Shown here: positions 46,403 through 55,678 of the stretch, one piece after another | Position numbering within the stretch: the first letter of the stretch is position 1 | How the letters are laid out: each line of letters begins with the position of its first letter | Virus record (IMG/VR): IMGVR_UViG_3300020037_005233 | Coordinates: 49,447-113,446 of that record | Length of the DNA stretch: 64,000 bases | Reading direction: 5' to 3' (one strand) | Origin: a virus | Lineage: Duplodnaviria; Caudoviricetes | Translations under genes and position numbers: made by a program | Notes under the pieces: model-generated | Database searches by the model: none | The model's input: only the letters and a program-made list of their open reading frames with translations | Told to the model about the DNA's origin: nothing

Positions 46403-48160
46403 TTACTCAACAACTAGCTCAGAGTCTGAAACCTCTGCCACAATCACCTGCACATTAGTAGGTAACCACGGTGTGATATCATCCACCAAATCTGCGTTGT
46501 CCACATACACCCATGACGGTGCTTTGTTGCCTGCTAACTGCCTTAGCTTTTCAAGCATAGCTAGATCCGCCTTCATCTGTCTTCCTGATGACAGGCTGTT
46601 ATAACGAACACCGGCATCATCAGCAAACCACAGCTCGCCGTCTAGCATACCTACCACGACTCCCTCAGCCTGCAGGCTGCTTACAATCATACCTACCTCA
46701 ACCTCAGGAAGTTGTCTTAGGCAGGTCTCAATCTTTGATAGATCAAGAACCTGTGCTCTTTTACGATTGCAGGCATCGGTGATATTACTGATCTGAGTTT
46801 CTAAGGTCACTCTACGGGCTTTGGTGTGCCTGTAGGTTTTTAGACATGCTGACACATCAACCACTTCTGCCCGTAGTTTTTGCTCGTCTCCTTGTGGAAG
46901 TTCTGGAGCTGTTGGTGCCGTAGGTGTTCTTGTGAGTAGTGCTTGTCTAGCGGCTATTGTGTTGTTCAAAGTCACACAAAGGTTTGAATAAGAAAGACTA
47001 TCTTGCTTTGCCAAAGCAAACTCATCTCTGCTAGAAGCCAGTTGTTTCTCTAGAGATTTTATCGTTAGCTCCACGCCATTGTTGTGATCTACAACCGCTC
47101 GCTCAGCTTTATTAAACTCAGCCAGGGCCGAGGTATAAGCATCAAACTGAGAGTCGTAGTGTTCTTTTGAGATTGTTTGTTTACAGGTAGAGCACGCACC
47201 GCCTACGGCAGTGTGATCAGGTCTTGTCATTGTAAACACAGGTCTGGGCATTAGTAGTGCTTTAGTCAGGTCTAACTCTCCCGATAACGTCTTTCCGGTG
47301 GCATGCACAGACATTACTAAAGCTGTGGCGGCCTCATACTTAGCTGTCACTGAAACAAGCTCTGCCTCTGCCTTAGCAATATCTTCCGATGCTTTCTCAT
47401 ACTGAGCCTTATGTTGTTCGTATGTTCGCTGTTTCTCGTTGTAGCTAGCAGACGCACGGTGATACAGGTCAAACTCAGATAGTTTTGCCGTGATCTGGTT
47501 GGCTAGTCCCTGTAGCTCCTCCTCATTGACTAGCATCTCTCCCACTTGCAATGCCGCAAGCTCACCAGTGAGTGCAGTGACCTGCCCCTCTTCAGAAGAA
47601 ACTACGTTTTGCAAAGCCCTGCGCTCTGTAGCCAGCTGGTCTGCCTCTACTTTGGGATTAACAAGCTTTAGCTTAGCAGGCATAGGAAGCTCACCGAGCA
47701 AGTCTTGCATAATCTGCCTACGATCTAGCTTAACCAAGTCACCCAAAACATCGAGCTTCTTTGCCGTGGTTAACTGCATGAAATGACCTGACAACCACAG
47801 CGATGTAAACGTATCTGGTTTGTAACCAAGCATTGTCTGAAACTCGGTTTGGTTTGGTCTGATATCGGGAATGCCGTCTCTGATAAGTCTGATATCAGAA
47901 GTCTCCCCGCGTTTCTTCCGTCTGCAAATAACAGACTTCTCCGTACCCACACTAACTTCCATCTTATTATCACTCAGGGTGATGAGATGGTCGGGGCTCT
48001 TTGTCCCGGCTGCATCAGTACCAGACCAGACAAACGCAAGTGCCTCTTTCACACCTGACTTACCTGTTTCATTGCGCCCCTTAAGCTTGTTGATACCGCT
48101 ATGGAATGAGAGTGCCACAGGCTTCCCACGGAAGCCCTCTGCCTTAATCTTTGTAATCAT
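46403..48160 (-). CDS. SbcC/Rad50-like SMC ATPase
   Basis: Walker A GRNETGKS, coiled coil with CSTC Zn hook, LSSGRQ signature, VYVDNAD Walker B. Confidence 0.85.
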   Translation of the reverse strand: MITKIKAEGFRGKPVALSFHSGINKLKGRNETGKSGVKEALAFVWSGTDAAGTKSPDHLITLSDNKMEVSVGTEKSVICRRKKRGETSDIRLIRDGIPDIRPNQTEFQTMLGYKPDTFTSLWLSGHFMQLTTAKKLDVLGDLVKLDRRQIMQDLLGELPMPAKLKLVNPKVEADQLATERRALQNVVSSEEGQVTALTGELAALQVGEMLVNEEELQGLANQITAKLSEFDLYHRASASYNEKQRTYEQHKAQYEKASEDIAKAEAELVSVTAKYEAATALVMSVHATGKTLSGELDLTKALLMPRPVFTMTRPDHTAVGGACSTCKQTISKEHYDSQFDAYTSALAEFNKAERAVVDHNNGVELTIKSLEKQLASSRDEFALAKQDSLSYSNLCVTLNNTIAARQALLTRTPTAPTAPELPQGDEQKLRAEVVDVSACLKTYRHTKARRVTLETQISNITDACNRKRAQVLDLSKIETCLRQLPEVEVGMIVSSLQAEGVVVGMLDGELWFADDAGVRYNSLSSGRQMKADLAMLEKLRQLAGNKAPSWVYVDNADLVDDITPWLPTNVQVIVAEVSDSELVVE

Positions 48161-48364
48161 ATTGTGTTTCCTATTTTTTCAAAAAGCCTATTTTAAATCT
48201 GCCAGCAACAAAGTAATAAATGTATTTTCTATCTGTGTATGTCCTGCTAAACCCAAACAAATGATCTTCCCTAGACCCTTGCCTAGTTCTACTCCACCAA
48301 CACGTGCGCGGTTCTGCTAAGGACACTCCCACTATCCACCACGGAAATGGGATGAATATAATCT

Positions 48365-48592
48365 TCACCACTTCCTCAACAACAGGTCTCTGTAAGAAAT
48401 ACCCTTGCTCTTACACTTCTCAACAAGTGTTGGGCGCTGGATACCTAGTTTTTTGCTGGCCTCTACCATGGTGTACGACGTTGCTAGGGCGCGTAGAATA
48501 ATACACTTTTCTAATTCGTGTATAGCTTCTCTAAGTGACATATTCCCACGCACTACCTCGTCATAAATCGGCTTACTGAGTCTGTGTAGCAT
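48365..48592 (-). CDS. Fis-type HTH DNA-binding protein
   Basis: LEK..I..AL......EAS..LGI.RPTL.EK. Confidence 0.75.
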   Translation of the reverse strand: MLHRLSKPIYDEVVRGNMSLREAIHELEKCIILRALATSYTMVEASKKLGIQRPTLVEKCKSKGISYRDLLLRKW

Positions 48593-49575
48593 ACTATTGT
48601 GTTACCTGTTTCCCACGTTCTAGAGTGATCATAACCTTGATTGTACCGGCGTCTGTGGATAATTCCATAGTCGCTGGGTGGCCGTTATGGACTACTGAAT
48701 CTAAGGAATTTAAAAACAACTCTGTCAGAAAGTCAACAGTGGGGCTCTCTTCTGTAAGTGTTACTATTTTACCAGCATCCTTGCTCTTTTTCTTACTCAT
48801 GCTAGCTCCTGTGTGTTTTTAGACTCCATCGCCTCTTCCACAACGCCTAACAAGACCGCTACGTTGTCGCGGTTCTTAATGGTCTCAATAACGTGTATAA
48901 TACGCGAACCAGATTGAGAGACAGTGACTACGAACCCGTTAGTTACTTGTTCGATGTGCATTGAACGATCCCTGTTTCCTGACGAGCTGAAGACTTCTGA
49001 TTGCATCTCATCCATAATCTTGTCCTCCGTATAACATGAAAAATGCCTCACACTGAAGCATACGAAATGGGATATAGCCGTGCTCTTTAATCAGCCGCTC
49101 GCGTAGCTGCTCATACGGTAACCGGTCCCTACAAATTAGTGCCTCGTAAAGTTCGTTAATGGACCGCTGGTCGGTTGCCGTAAGATGCCTATTCCTCTTC
49201 TTGTTTGTGCCCGGTGATTCTTTCAACATATGTTTTCACGTCCTCAACCTCTGCCTGGGTCATCTTTCGTTTATTCATGTTATTAAACCTGTCTAGGTTC
49301 CATATGTCCATGCGCAACTGTGCAATAAGCTTTGCCGCGTCCAGTGGATGCTGCCTGCTCAAGTCTATAACACTCATAGGGTCTCCTGTGGTGGCGGCAT
49401 TGGTTTGTTTACGCGGAGCTTTTCTCCAAAACAAAGAGCACAAATAGTACATTCAAACGTGGCACTAAAAAAGTTCTCTGTACTACCCAGAGTAAACAGC
49501 TCACGCCTAAGTTTTGTAAGATATGTGTTTCCGTGCTTCTCACATGAGCCTATAAATAATGGGCTCAGCTGATAA

Positions 49576-49902
49576 TCATCCTGCTTCATCATGTGCTTGT
49601 GTCTCCCACAGGGTTTCTAGTTGTGTTGTTGGTATGATCTTAAACAGGAACTCAATGCCTGCTCTGGCACAAATCTGTGCTGCTTCAGCGTTTAAGTATT
49701 CGGCTAATAAAATGTGTGGATCTATCTTAAGTATGTGTGCGTATGGCTTAAGGGATGTGGGATAGAACTTTGCTTGGTTACTTTCCCATCGCAAGACTTG
49801 GTTACTACCACAGCCTAATTTATCTCCTAAGTCATCTGCGGAAAGACCCGCGAGCTCTCTGAGTTCTCGTAAAATTAATCCAAATGATTTTCTGTACTGC
49901 AT
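49576..49902 (-). CDS. XRE/Cro-type HTH regulator
   Basis: FG..LRELRE..GLS..DL...LG.....V.RWE; GAGGAG RBS. Confidence 0.75.
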   Translation of the reverse strand: MQYRKSFGLILRELRELAGLSADDLGDKLGCGSNQVLRWESNQAKFYPTSLKPYAHILKIDPHILLAEYLNAEAAQICARAGIEFLFKIIPTTQLETLWETQAHDEAG

Positions 49903-49920
49903 AAAATCTCCTCTGAAGAT

Positions 49921-49949
49921 CTTATACCGTGATGCGATCATTTTTTTCC
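49921..49949 (-). promoter_or_regulatory. Phage promoter motif copy heading the accessory region
   Basis: GGAAAA-N15-GGTATAAG upstream of the XRE gene. Confidence 0.55.
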
Positions 49950-49953
49950 GTTT

Positions 49954-49986
49954 GCGGAAGTGGCGCGGAAGTGGCGCGAAATTGGT
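49954..49986. repeat. 11-bp tandem repeat x3
   Basis: GCGGAAGTGGC GCGGAAGTGGC GCGAAATTGGT. Confidence 0.7.
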
Positions 49987-50683
49987 GTGGGGCCCTCAAT
50001 CAGATTTACGCTTTTACAGCACCCTGTTCCAGACCGGCTTTAAGTCCGCATGCGGCGGACACGTTGCGTCGTTGTACGCCAGTGGCGCGACGCAGTAATG
50101 CGGTACAAGAAACAGGGGCCGGCTGGCACACTACCAGATTATAGCGGAGAGCCCCACGGTACTATTTTACGACATACTTGGATTTTAAGTGAGGGAAATT
50201 CACACGGCCCTAGAATGCCCTACAAGGCGTTTGTAGGTGCCAACCCTAGCTCAGGGTAGGTGCAGGGGCCTGAAGCCTCTCCACGGCAAAGACAGGGCGG
50301 CCAAAATCAGGTGAGACGTGGATGACTAGGACGTCCCCTTCTCTCCAGTTCTGTGTTTCTCCTCTGCCCTGGTGTTCGTACCAGAAAACTAAGCCTGCTT
50401 GAGTCATAGCGGCAATGGCTGATTGGGTGGACCAGATAAGTGTCGCGTCAAATGTTTCGGGCGGGAGAACTGGCAACGTAGGTTTCGGTTTAGCCAACTG
50501 GTGTGATTTCCTTTCGCAGTGTTCCAACGGATTCTTAGAAAGTCTTATCAAGATTGTGACACTGATTTGCCGCACGATGCAAGCGTGAGAATGCCCGGGA
50601 GTTTTTTCGAGCCGCCGAAGGCGATTTGAAGTAGTGGAGTGGTTTACAATGTTTTACACGGTGTGTATAGCCATGACACGCCA

Positions 50684-50830
50684 CAAGGTGCACACACAGC
50701 GGCGTGGAAAACACTAATTCCTATGGGAGAAAAAACTTTTTAGTACAAATGGCTCTTAAATATTTGTGTCTTTAAAAATTTCACGCACACAGTATATATA
50801 TACATTCTACGCCGCTGTGTGTGCACCTTG
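50684..50830. repeat. 26-bp inverted repeat (1 mismatch) around an AT-rich spacer
   Basis: CAAGGTGCACACACAGCGGCGTGGAA (50684-50709) versus TTCTACGCCGCTGTGTGTGCACCTTG (50805-50830). Confidence 0.85.
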
Positions 50831-51163
50831 CAGTGAGTCACACGTCCAACCCAATGTAATAGTTCATTTTGACGCGTAATACTGGATAGCGGCGTAGGGT
50901 TATATGACTGGGTGCGAGGTGTACGCAGAGACTCGGTGTGTCTAACATTTATGCATAGCGCATTTCTAAACATGGTGTGTTATTCTGAGACACGGGGCAT
51001 TAATAATAACGCAAGCACTTGCGGTATACGCGTAGCACAAAACGTCGTGACTTGCTTAGTCACAGGAGGCCCTAGTCTTTTTTATTGGCGTCCGCGTACA
51101 CCTTGCACCGTGTAAACAGGTGACAAAAAACGTCAGTGTGCAGTAGACTCTTTTAGTAGGTCT

Positions 51164-52147
51164 TTAGAGAATTTCTAGGTCAGAAAGACCTTTGTACGTC
51201 TTGGATTGATACCCATCACGCACTGCAGACAATACCTTTGCCGTGTAGTCTTCCGCGGCCTGTGATAGTCTTTTATACCCCTCGTGCACCGCGACACCAT
51301 ACTTATTATGGGCGTTGTGGTCGGCGTATACACGGTCAATCATGTGGTACAGCTCACTAGCGTCATTGTTGGATTTAACGACTAAGTCATGTACGCCATG
51401 CCACGGTTTCTTCCCTATTAAGTGGTTCTGATACAACCCTATTGATGCTGTGCTCAACACCACAGGCACACCCACAGACCACGCCTCTTGTACCAGGTTT
51501 GGGTAACACTCGAGGTGTGAGGTGTGCAAAAGCACGGAGCACCTCTTAATACGGTCTAGGAAGATATGCGGGACCTCTCCGTGTGGATCCGAGATAACGA
51601 CCTCTGTACCAGGGTTATTAGCCGCAAAGTCTTTGGCCACTTTAACGCACCCAGATACATTCTTATAAGGGCTGCCCATCCCACCCAAAACGCCCACGGT
51701 GAACTTCTTCGGCTTACAAGAAATAGGCCCGGACTGGAAGTAGTGCGGCACCCACGCCGTAGTATTCCTGCGTACCGTCCTGACATAGTCAGCCATCTGT
51801 GGTTGGACGTAAGCAATAACATCAATGCTACCTATACCAGCACAAGCATCTATTTCTGGTAGGTATCTATCATCTCCAAAGAACGAGCCATGGAACACGT
51901 GACTGTGTTGTACCATTACAACGGGGAACTTTCTTGAGGCCCGCATAGCCTCGAGCAAGTAGTTATAACCAGTACTCCAACCACCAACGATAAGAATGTC
52001 GGGTCTAAAATTAACGATCGCTTTAGCAAGGCTGTACGAACTCTTAATATCCGTAATAGGCAGCACAGGATAATAATCCGTGCAGATAGCTTTTGTAGCT
52101 ACGGTAACTCCAGTAAAAGAAGGATTACTGATGCCTAGAATTTTCAT
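51164..52147 (-). CDS. GT-B fold glycosyltransferase (GT4-like)
   Basis: RPDILIV, YKNV, SHLECYPNLVQEAWSVGVPVV (E-x7-E motif). Confidence 0.8.
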   Translation of the reverse strand: MKILGISNPSFTGVTVATKAICTDYYPVLPITDIKSSYSLAKAIVNFRPDILIVGGWSTGYNYLLEAMRASRKFPVVMVQHSHVFHGSFFGDDRYLPEIDACAGIGSIDVIAYVQPQMADYVRTVRRNTTAWVPHYFQSGPISCKPKKFTVGVLGGMGSPYKNVSGCVKVAKDFAANNPGTEVVISDPHGEVPHIFLDRIKRCSVLLHTSHLECYPNLVQEAWSVGVPVVLSTASIGLYQNHLIGKKPWHGVHDLVVKSNNDASELYHMIDRVYADHNAHNKYGVAVHEGYKRLSQAAEDYTAKVLSAVRDGYQSKTYKGLSDLEIL

Positions 52148-52328
52148 GGCTTCTTTTTCTTCTTCACCTTCTTGGTTATGCCTGATGCGCAAAGTTCTGC
52201 TAGAGCCGCAATTGAGTTTCTTTTTGTCACGATCATATCTCTTATGTCATCAACTGTATGTGGCCTACGCTCATCTATTTGTTTGATGAGGTCGTCTAGA
52301 ATTGAGTAGATTGCTTTCAGTGTTTTAA

Positions 52329-53288
52329 TCATAAATTTTCGTAGATCCTTAAGAATCTTTCCACGTGTTGTTTAGGGTGCCAGTAGGTTTCCATCCACAG
52401 CCTACTTCGGTCCCTAATGGATTTCAATTCATCTGGATTAGAAATAAGATTACGCACTGAACCCTCTAACGTGTTTGGTGTGGCGATTACCCAAGGTAGC
52501 CACGAGGCACCTGTGAAGTCTAGGAGTGTTTTTACCTGAATAGCATCTAATCCGGCTATGGTGGCTAGCCCCTGGGACAAGCTTTCTAGTGAGCATAAGT
52601 GATAGCTGCCAGTAACTATTTCATCGATAGATATGTCAGCAAGCTGCCTAATTCTCATGCACTCGCTGTGTGTTTTGTTGTACACGATATTGGCGGTAAT
52701 CTTTCTTTCCTTTACCAACTTTACAAGTGTGGAGTATGTTTCGTTGTAGCCCTTATTATCCCAGCCGGGGAGCCCGATACGGGATGGCGTGTAGACTACT
52801 CTGGGTGGGGTGTTCACAATGCCTAGCGGTCTGTACTCTTCATCATCGATAGGCACGATATTTGGAATCACCTCGCACTCTGTCCATTGCCTGGGGTGGT
52901 ATTGAGCGATTACAAGTCTCTTCATCGATTTGTCGCTATAAGGAGTTTCCAAATCTACCCAAGCAGTCTCCCTCTGGGAGTGAACCTGCCAAACCCGTTT
53001 CTTTCTGAGGACTACAGGCCACAGTTCTGGGAACTTTCGGAAAAGTTCCTGGTGCTTGTAAAAGTTATGGAAATGAATGATGTCCGCGCCGTGGATTGTT
53101 TTTGATATCAGATCGCGGTTCCCCTCGTGAATGAGGATGTCCGATTTGAACACCCTGTTCTCATTTCTATCTGAGGAAGCTATGTGTCTACTGCTAATCT
53201 TACCGGCACCGTATTCATTCAACGCGTTGGATAAGGCTATGGGAGCGCCTGCAATAGGGTTCTCTGTGATGTGGACTACGTTAATCAT
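52329..53288 (-). CDS. GT-B fold glycosyltransferase
   Basis: ADIIHFHN, IPNIVP, YTPS.....NKG, ADISIDE...GSY...SLESLSQG. Confidence 0.75.
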   Translation of the reverse strand: MINVVHITENPIAGAPIALSNALNEYGAGKISSRHIASSDRNENRVFKSDILIHEGNRDLISKTIHGADIIHFHNFYKHQELFRKFPELWPVVLRKKRVWQVHSQRETAWVDLETPYSDKSMKRLVIAQYHPRQWTECEVIPNIVPIDDEEYRPLGIVNTPPRVVYTPSRIGLPGWDNKGYNETYSTLVKLVKERKITANIVYNKTHSECMRIRQLADISIDEIVTGSYHLCSLESLSQGLATIAGLDAIQVKTLLDFTGASWLPWVIATPNTLEGSVRNLISNPDELKSIRDRSRLWMETYWHPKQHVERFLRIYENL

Positions 53289-53303
53289 TTGACTCCGTTC
53301 TAG

Positions 53304-53320
53304 TAGGAAGATATTGCCTA
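53304..53320. promoter_or_regulatory. Operator palindrome in the divergent gap
   Basis: TAGGAA-GATAT-TGCCTA between divergent starts at 53288 and 53325. Confidence 0.55.
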
Positions 53321-53324
53321 GGCT

Positions 53325-53705
53325 ATGGAAATTCAATCCCTGAGTGAACTAAAAAACCTTATTTCTGATATAAAAGATAAAGACCTGCAGGATCAGTTTA
53401 CATGCTGGATGCGGGCGTACTGTCACCCGGTGAGGACGGTAGTGGATATAGGGAAGCCATATGAGCTGCTATCCTTTAGGGAACAGCTAAACCTGAGAGC
53501 CCGTTTATACCAGTCCATGGCTGAGGGTATGTGCGCTGACCCCGGGATGAATAGTCTTGTGGAGGCCGAGGGTAACCAACTAATATTTAAGGCTATTGTC
53601 CTGCGTCTTAACACATCCTTTGATGTGCAGAGCTTATCTGAGAAGCAGACCAGTTACCTAGACGGGCCTGTGCAGGTGGTTGCAGTTAAAAACCTTCTGG
53701 AGTAG
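53325..53705 (+). CDS. Hypothetical protein
   Basis: First ORF of the plus-strand unit. Confidence 0.5.
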   Translation: MEIQSLSELKNLISDIKDKDLQDQFTCWMRAYCHPVRTVVDIGKPYELLSFREQLNLRARLYQSMAEGMCADPGMNSLVEAEGNQLIFKAIVLRLNTSFDVQSLSEKQTSYLDGPVQVVAVKNLLE

Positions 53706-53715
53706 TATTAGGTTT

Positions 53716-54081
53716 ATGATTAAAACATTTATCGCTTTTGTTGCTCTTGTTGCGTCCACCACCTCATTTGCTTCTGGAAAGATCACTCTTTCTCCTAGCT
53801 ATCATTACAACGAGCAGACGTGGGTTCCTAATGTAGGGTTGTCGATCCACCACCCACTAGTTCTGAACAAACTATTTGTAACTTCCTGGACCGGTATGGG
53901 CCAAGATTCTAAGCTAGAAGCAGACGGATCAGCCAAATACTGGCTTGCAACCACAAACGGAGTTGAGCTTATGTTTGGGAGCTATGTAGTTCTGGGCGGT
54001 ACCATCACACTTGCTCGTGACACAAACGCTAATAGCTGGGATAATAAGCTGAATGTTAAGCTTGCTATCCAGCTCTGGTAA
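53716..54081 (+). CDS. Secreted beta-strand protein with outer-membrane beta-signal
   Basis: Sec signal peptide MIKTFIAFVALVASTTSFA; alternating amphipathic strands; ends NVKLAIQLW. Confidence 0.6.
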   Translation: MIKTFIAFVALVASTTSFASGKITLSPSYHYNEQTWVPNVGLSIHHPLVLNKLFVTSWTGMGQDSKLEADGSAKYWLATTNGVELMFGSYVVLGGTITLARDTNANSWDNKLNVKLAIQLW

Positions 54082-54093
54082 TTTAGGATAGGT

Positions 54094-55599
54094 GTGGTGA
54101 ACCTACCAACACCGCCGAACGATTCTGAAAAAGACCTCTACTTGGATCAAAACAAGAGAGGTCTTTATTTTTTTGGTATACTTGCATTCTTACTTTTGCA
54201 GGCAGCCATGGTTTTGTTTTCTCTGTCTCACCCGGCACTTTATTTCTACCTAGTGTTTGCGGCACTAAACTTTTTTTATCTTAGTGTCAGTTATGGAATA
54301 GGTATCTTTGGGAAGCCGTTTGATCTTGGAGCACATAAAAGAATAGTGGGTTCCGGAAGTGATTTCGTACCCACAATAGATGTTTACTTACCTTGTTGTG
54401 GGGAACCTACAGAGGTTATTGAGAATACGTACTGGTATGTGAAGCAGCTTCAGTGGGAGCATACAAAGCTTAATGTGTACGTACTCGATGACGGAGACAG
54501 CGCTGAAGTTGCTGAGTTAGCGCATGAGTTCGGGTTTAACTACTGGGTAAGGCCTGATAAAGGAGTGCTTAAGAAAGCAGGTAATCTTAGGCACGCATTT
54601 GCACGGACTAGCGGGGACCTGATACTGATTTTAGACGCAGATTTTTGTCCGCGTCCTGACATGCTGTCTGAGATGGCTCCTTACTTCAAAGATGAGTCCG
54701 TGGCTATTGTGCAATCACCACAATATTTTTCTGTTAAAAAGGAACAGTCTTGGGTTGAGCGCGGTGCTGGTTATGTACAAGAACTTTTCTACAGGCTTAT
54801 TCAGGTCAATCGCAACACCTGGGGTGGCTCTATTTGTGTAGGTACTTGTGCGGTTTACCGAAGAGAGTCGCTGGAGCCTTTTGGTGGGACAGCTGCGATT
54901 GCTTATAGCGAGGATCTGCACACAGGGTTTAACGTGGTTAAGGCTGGGGGGCGTGTTGTGTACATCCCCATTAATCTGTCTAAGGGTATCTGTCCCGACA
55001 CACTCCCCGCGTATTTTAGCCAGCAGTACCGCTGGGCAATGGGTTCCACCTCACTGTGTTTTGGCAAAGAGTTTTGGACGGTCAAAATTGGGGCTAAGAT
55101 CAGGCTCTGTTATCTCTCCGGGATGATGTATTACATGGCCACTGCAGCAGGCATATTCATAACACCTATCCCAGGCATGCTAATGGTTTGGTTCAGGCAC
55201 GACCACGTGTTTTGGTACAACATGCTATTCTCTCTGCCGTCGTTCATTTATGGGACAGTTTACATGGCTTTTTGGAGCAGAGCTAAGTTTGGATGGTATG
55301 CACCCAAGGCAAGGTTAGTGGCTTACTATGCACACGTGTTTGCTGTGCTAGACAGGATTATGAATACGACAATGCCGTGGGTACCGACAGGAGCCTCTAT
55401 GACAGGTAGTGTTGGAAGATACCGTGCGTTTAAGAACCTAATTTTTTGGTGGTCAACGCTTAGTTCAGGATTAATTCTAGCAGGCGCGTTTCACCATATG
55501 GAGAGCGTGCTTGATTATAATTTCTACCCCATGATCTTCTTCAACGGGTTTAATTATTTGATTAGCATGAGTGTGCTTCGCGATCAGCTTGTGGAGTAA
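54094..55599 (+). CDS. Cellulose-synthase-like processive GT2 (membrane glucan synthase)
   Basis: DDG, KKAGNL, DAD, QSPQ, SED and QQYRW motifs; N- and C-terminal TM helices; no PilZ domain. Confidence 0.9.
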   Translation: MVNLPTPPNDSEKDLYLDQNKRGLYFFGILAFLLLQAAMVLFSLSHPALYFYLVFAALNFFYLSVSYGIGIFGKPFDLGAHKRIVGSGSDFVPTIDVYLPCCGEPTEVIENTYWYVKQLQWEHTKLNVYVLDDGDSAEVAELAHEFGFNYWVRPDKGVLKKAGNLRHAFARTSGDLILILDADFCPRPDMLSEMAPYFKDESVAIVQSPQYFSVKKEQSWVERGAGYVQELFYRLIQVNRNTWGGSICVGTCAVYRRESLEPFGGTAAIAYSEDLHTGFNVVKAGGRVVYIPINLSKGICPDTLPAYFSQQYRWAMGSTSLCFGKEFWTVKIGAKIRLCYLSGMMYYMATAAGIFITPIPGMLMVWFRHDHVFWYNMLFSLPSFIYGTVYMAFWSRAKFGWYAPKARLVAYYAHVFAVLDRIMNTTMPWVPTGASMTGSVGRYRAFKNLIFWWSTLSSGLILAGAFHHMESVLDYNFYPMIFFNGFNYLISMSVLRDQLVE

Positions 55600-55678
55600 G
55601 AAAATCTCTGGTAATGTCTCCTCACCAACACCCTTAAACCAGCGGATCGGGTGTGCCGCATAACAAGGAGACAATCTC

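Larger units (their letters stand above)
23980..49592 (-). other. Accessory region of densely packed small ORFs, mostly hypothetical
   Basis: Dozens of 50-200 aa co-oriented ORFs with RBS and overlapping start/stop codons; recognisable members are listed separately. Confidence 0.8.

Noticed and set aside
49929-51115. ORFs listed in the control region (49929, 50050, 50246, 50740, 50912)
   Set aside because: No convincing RBS or motifs, and they overlap repeats and hairpins; 50246-50575 cannot be fully excluded.
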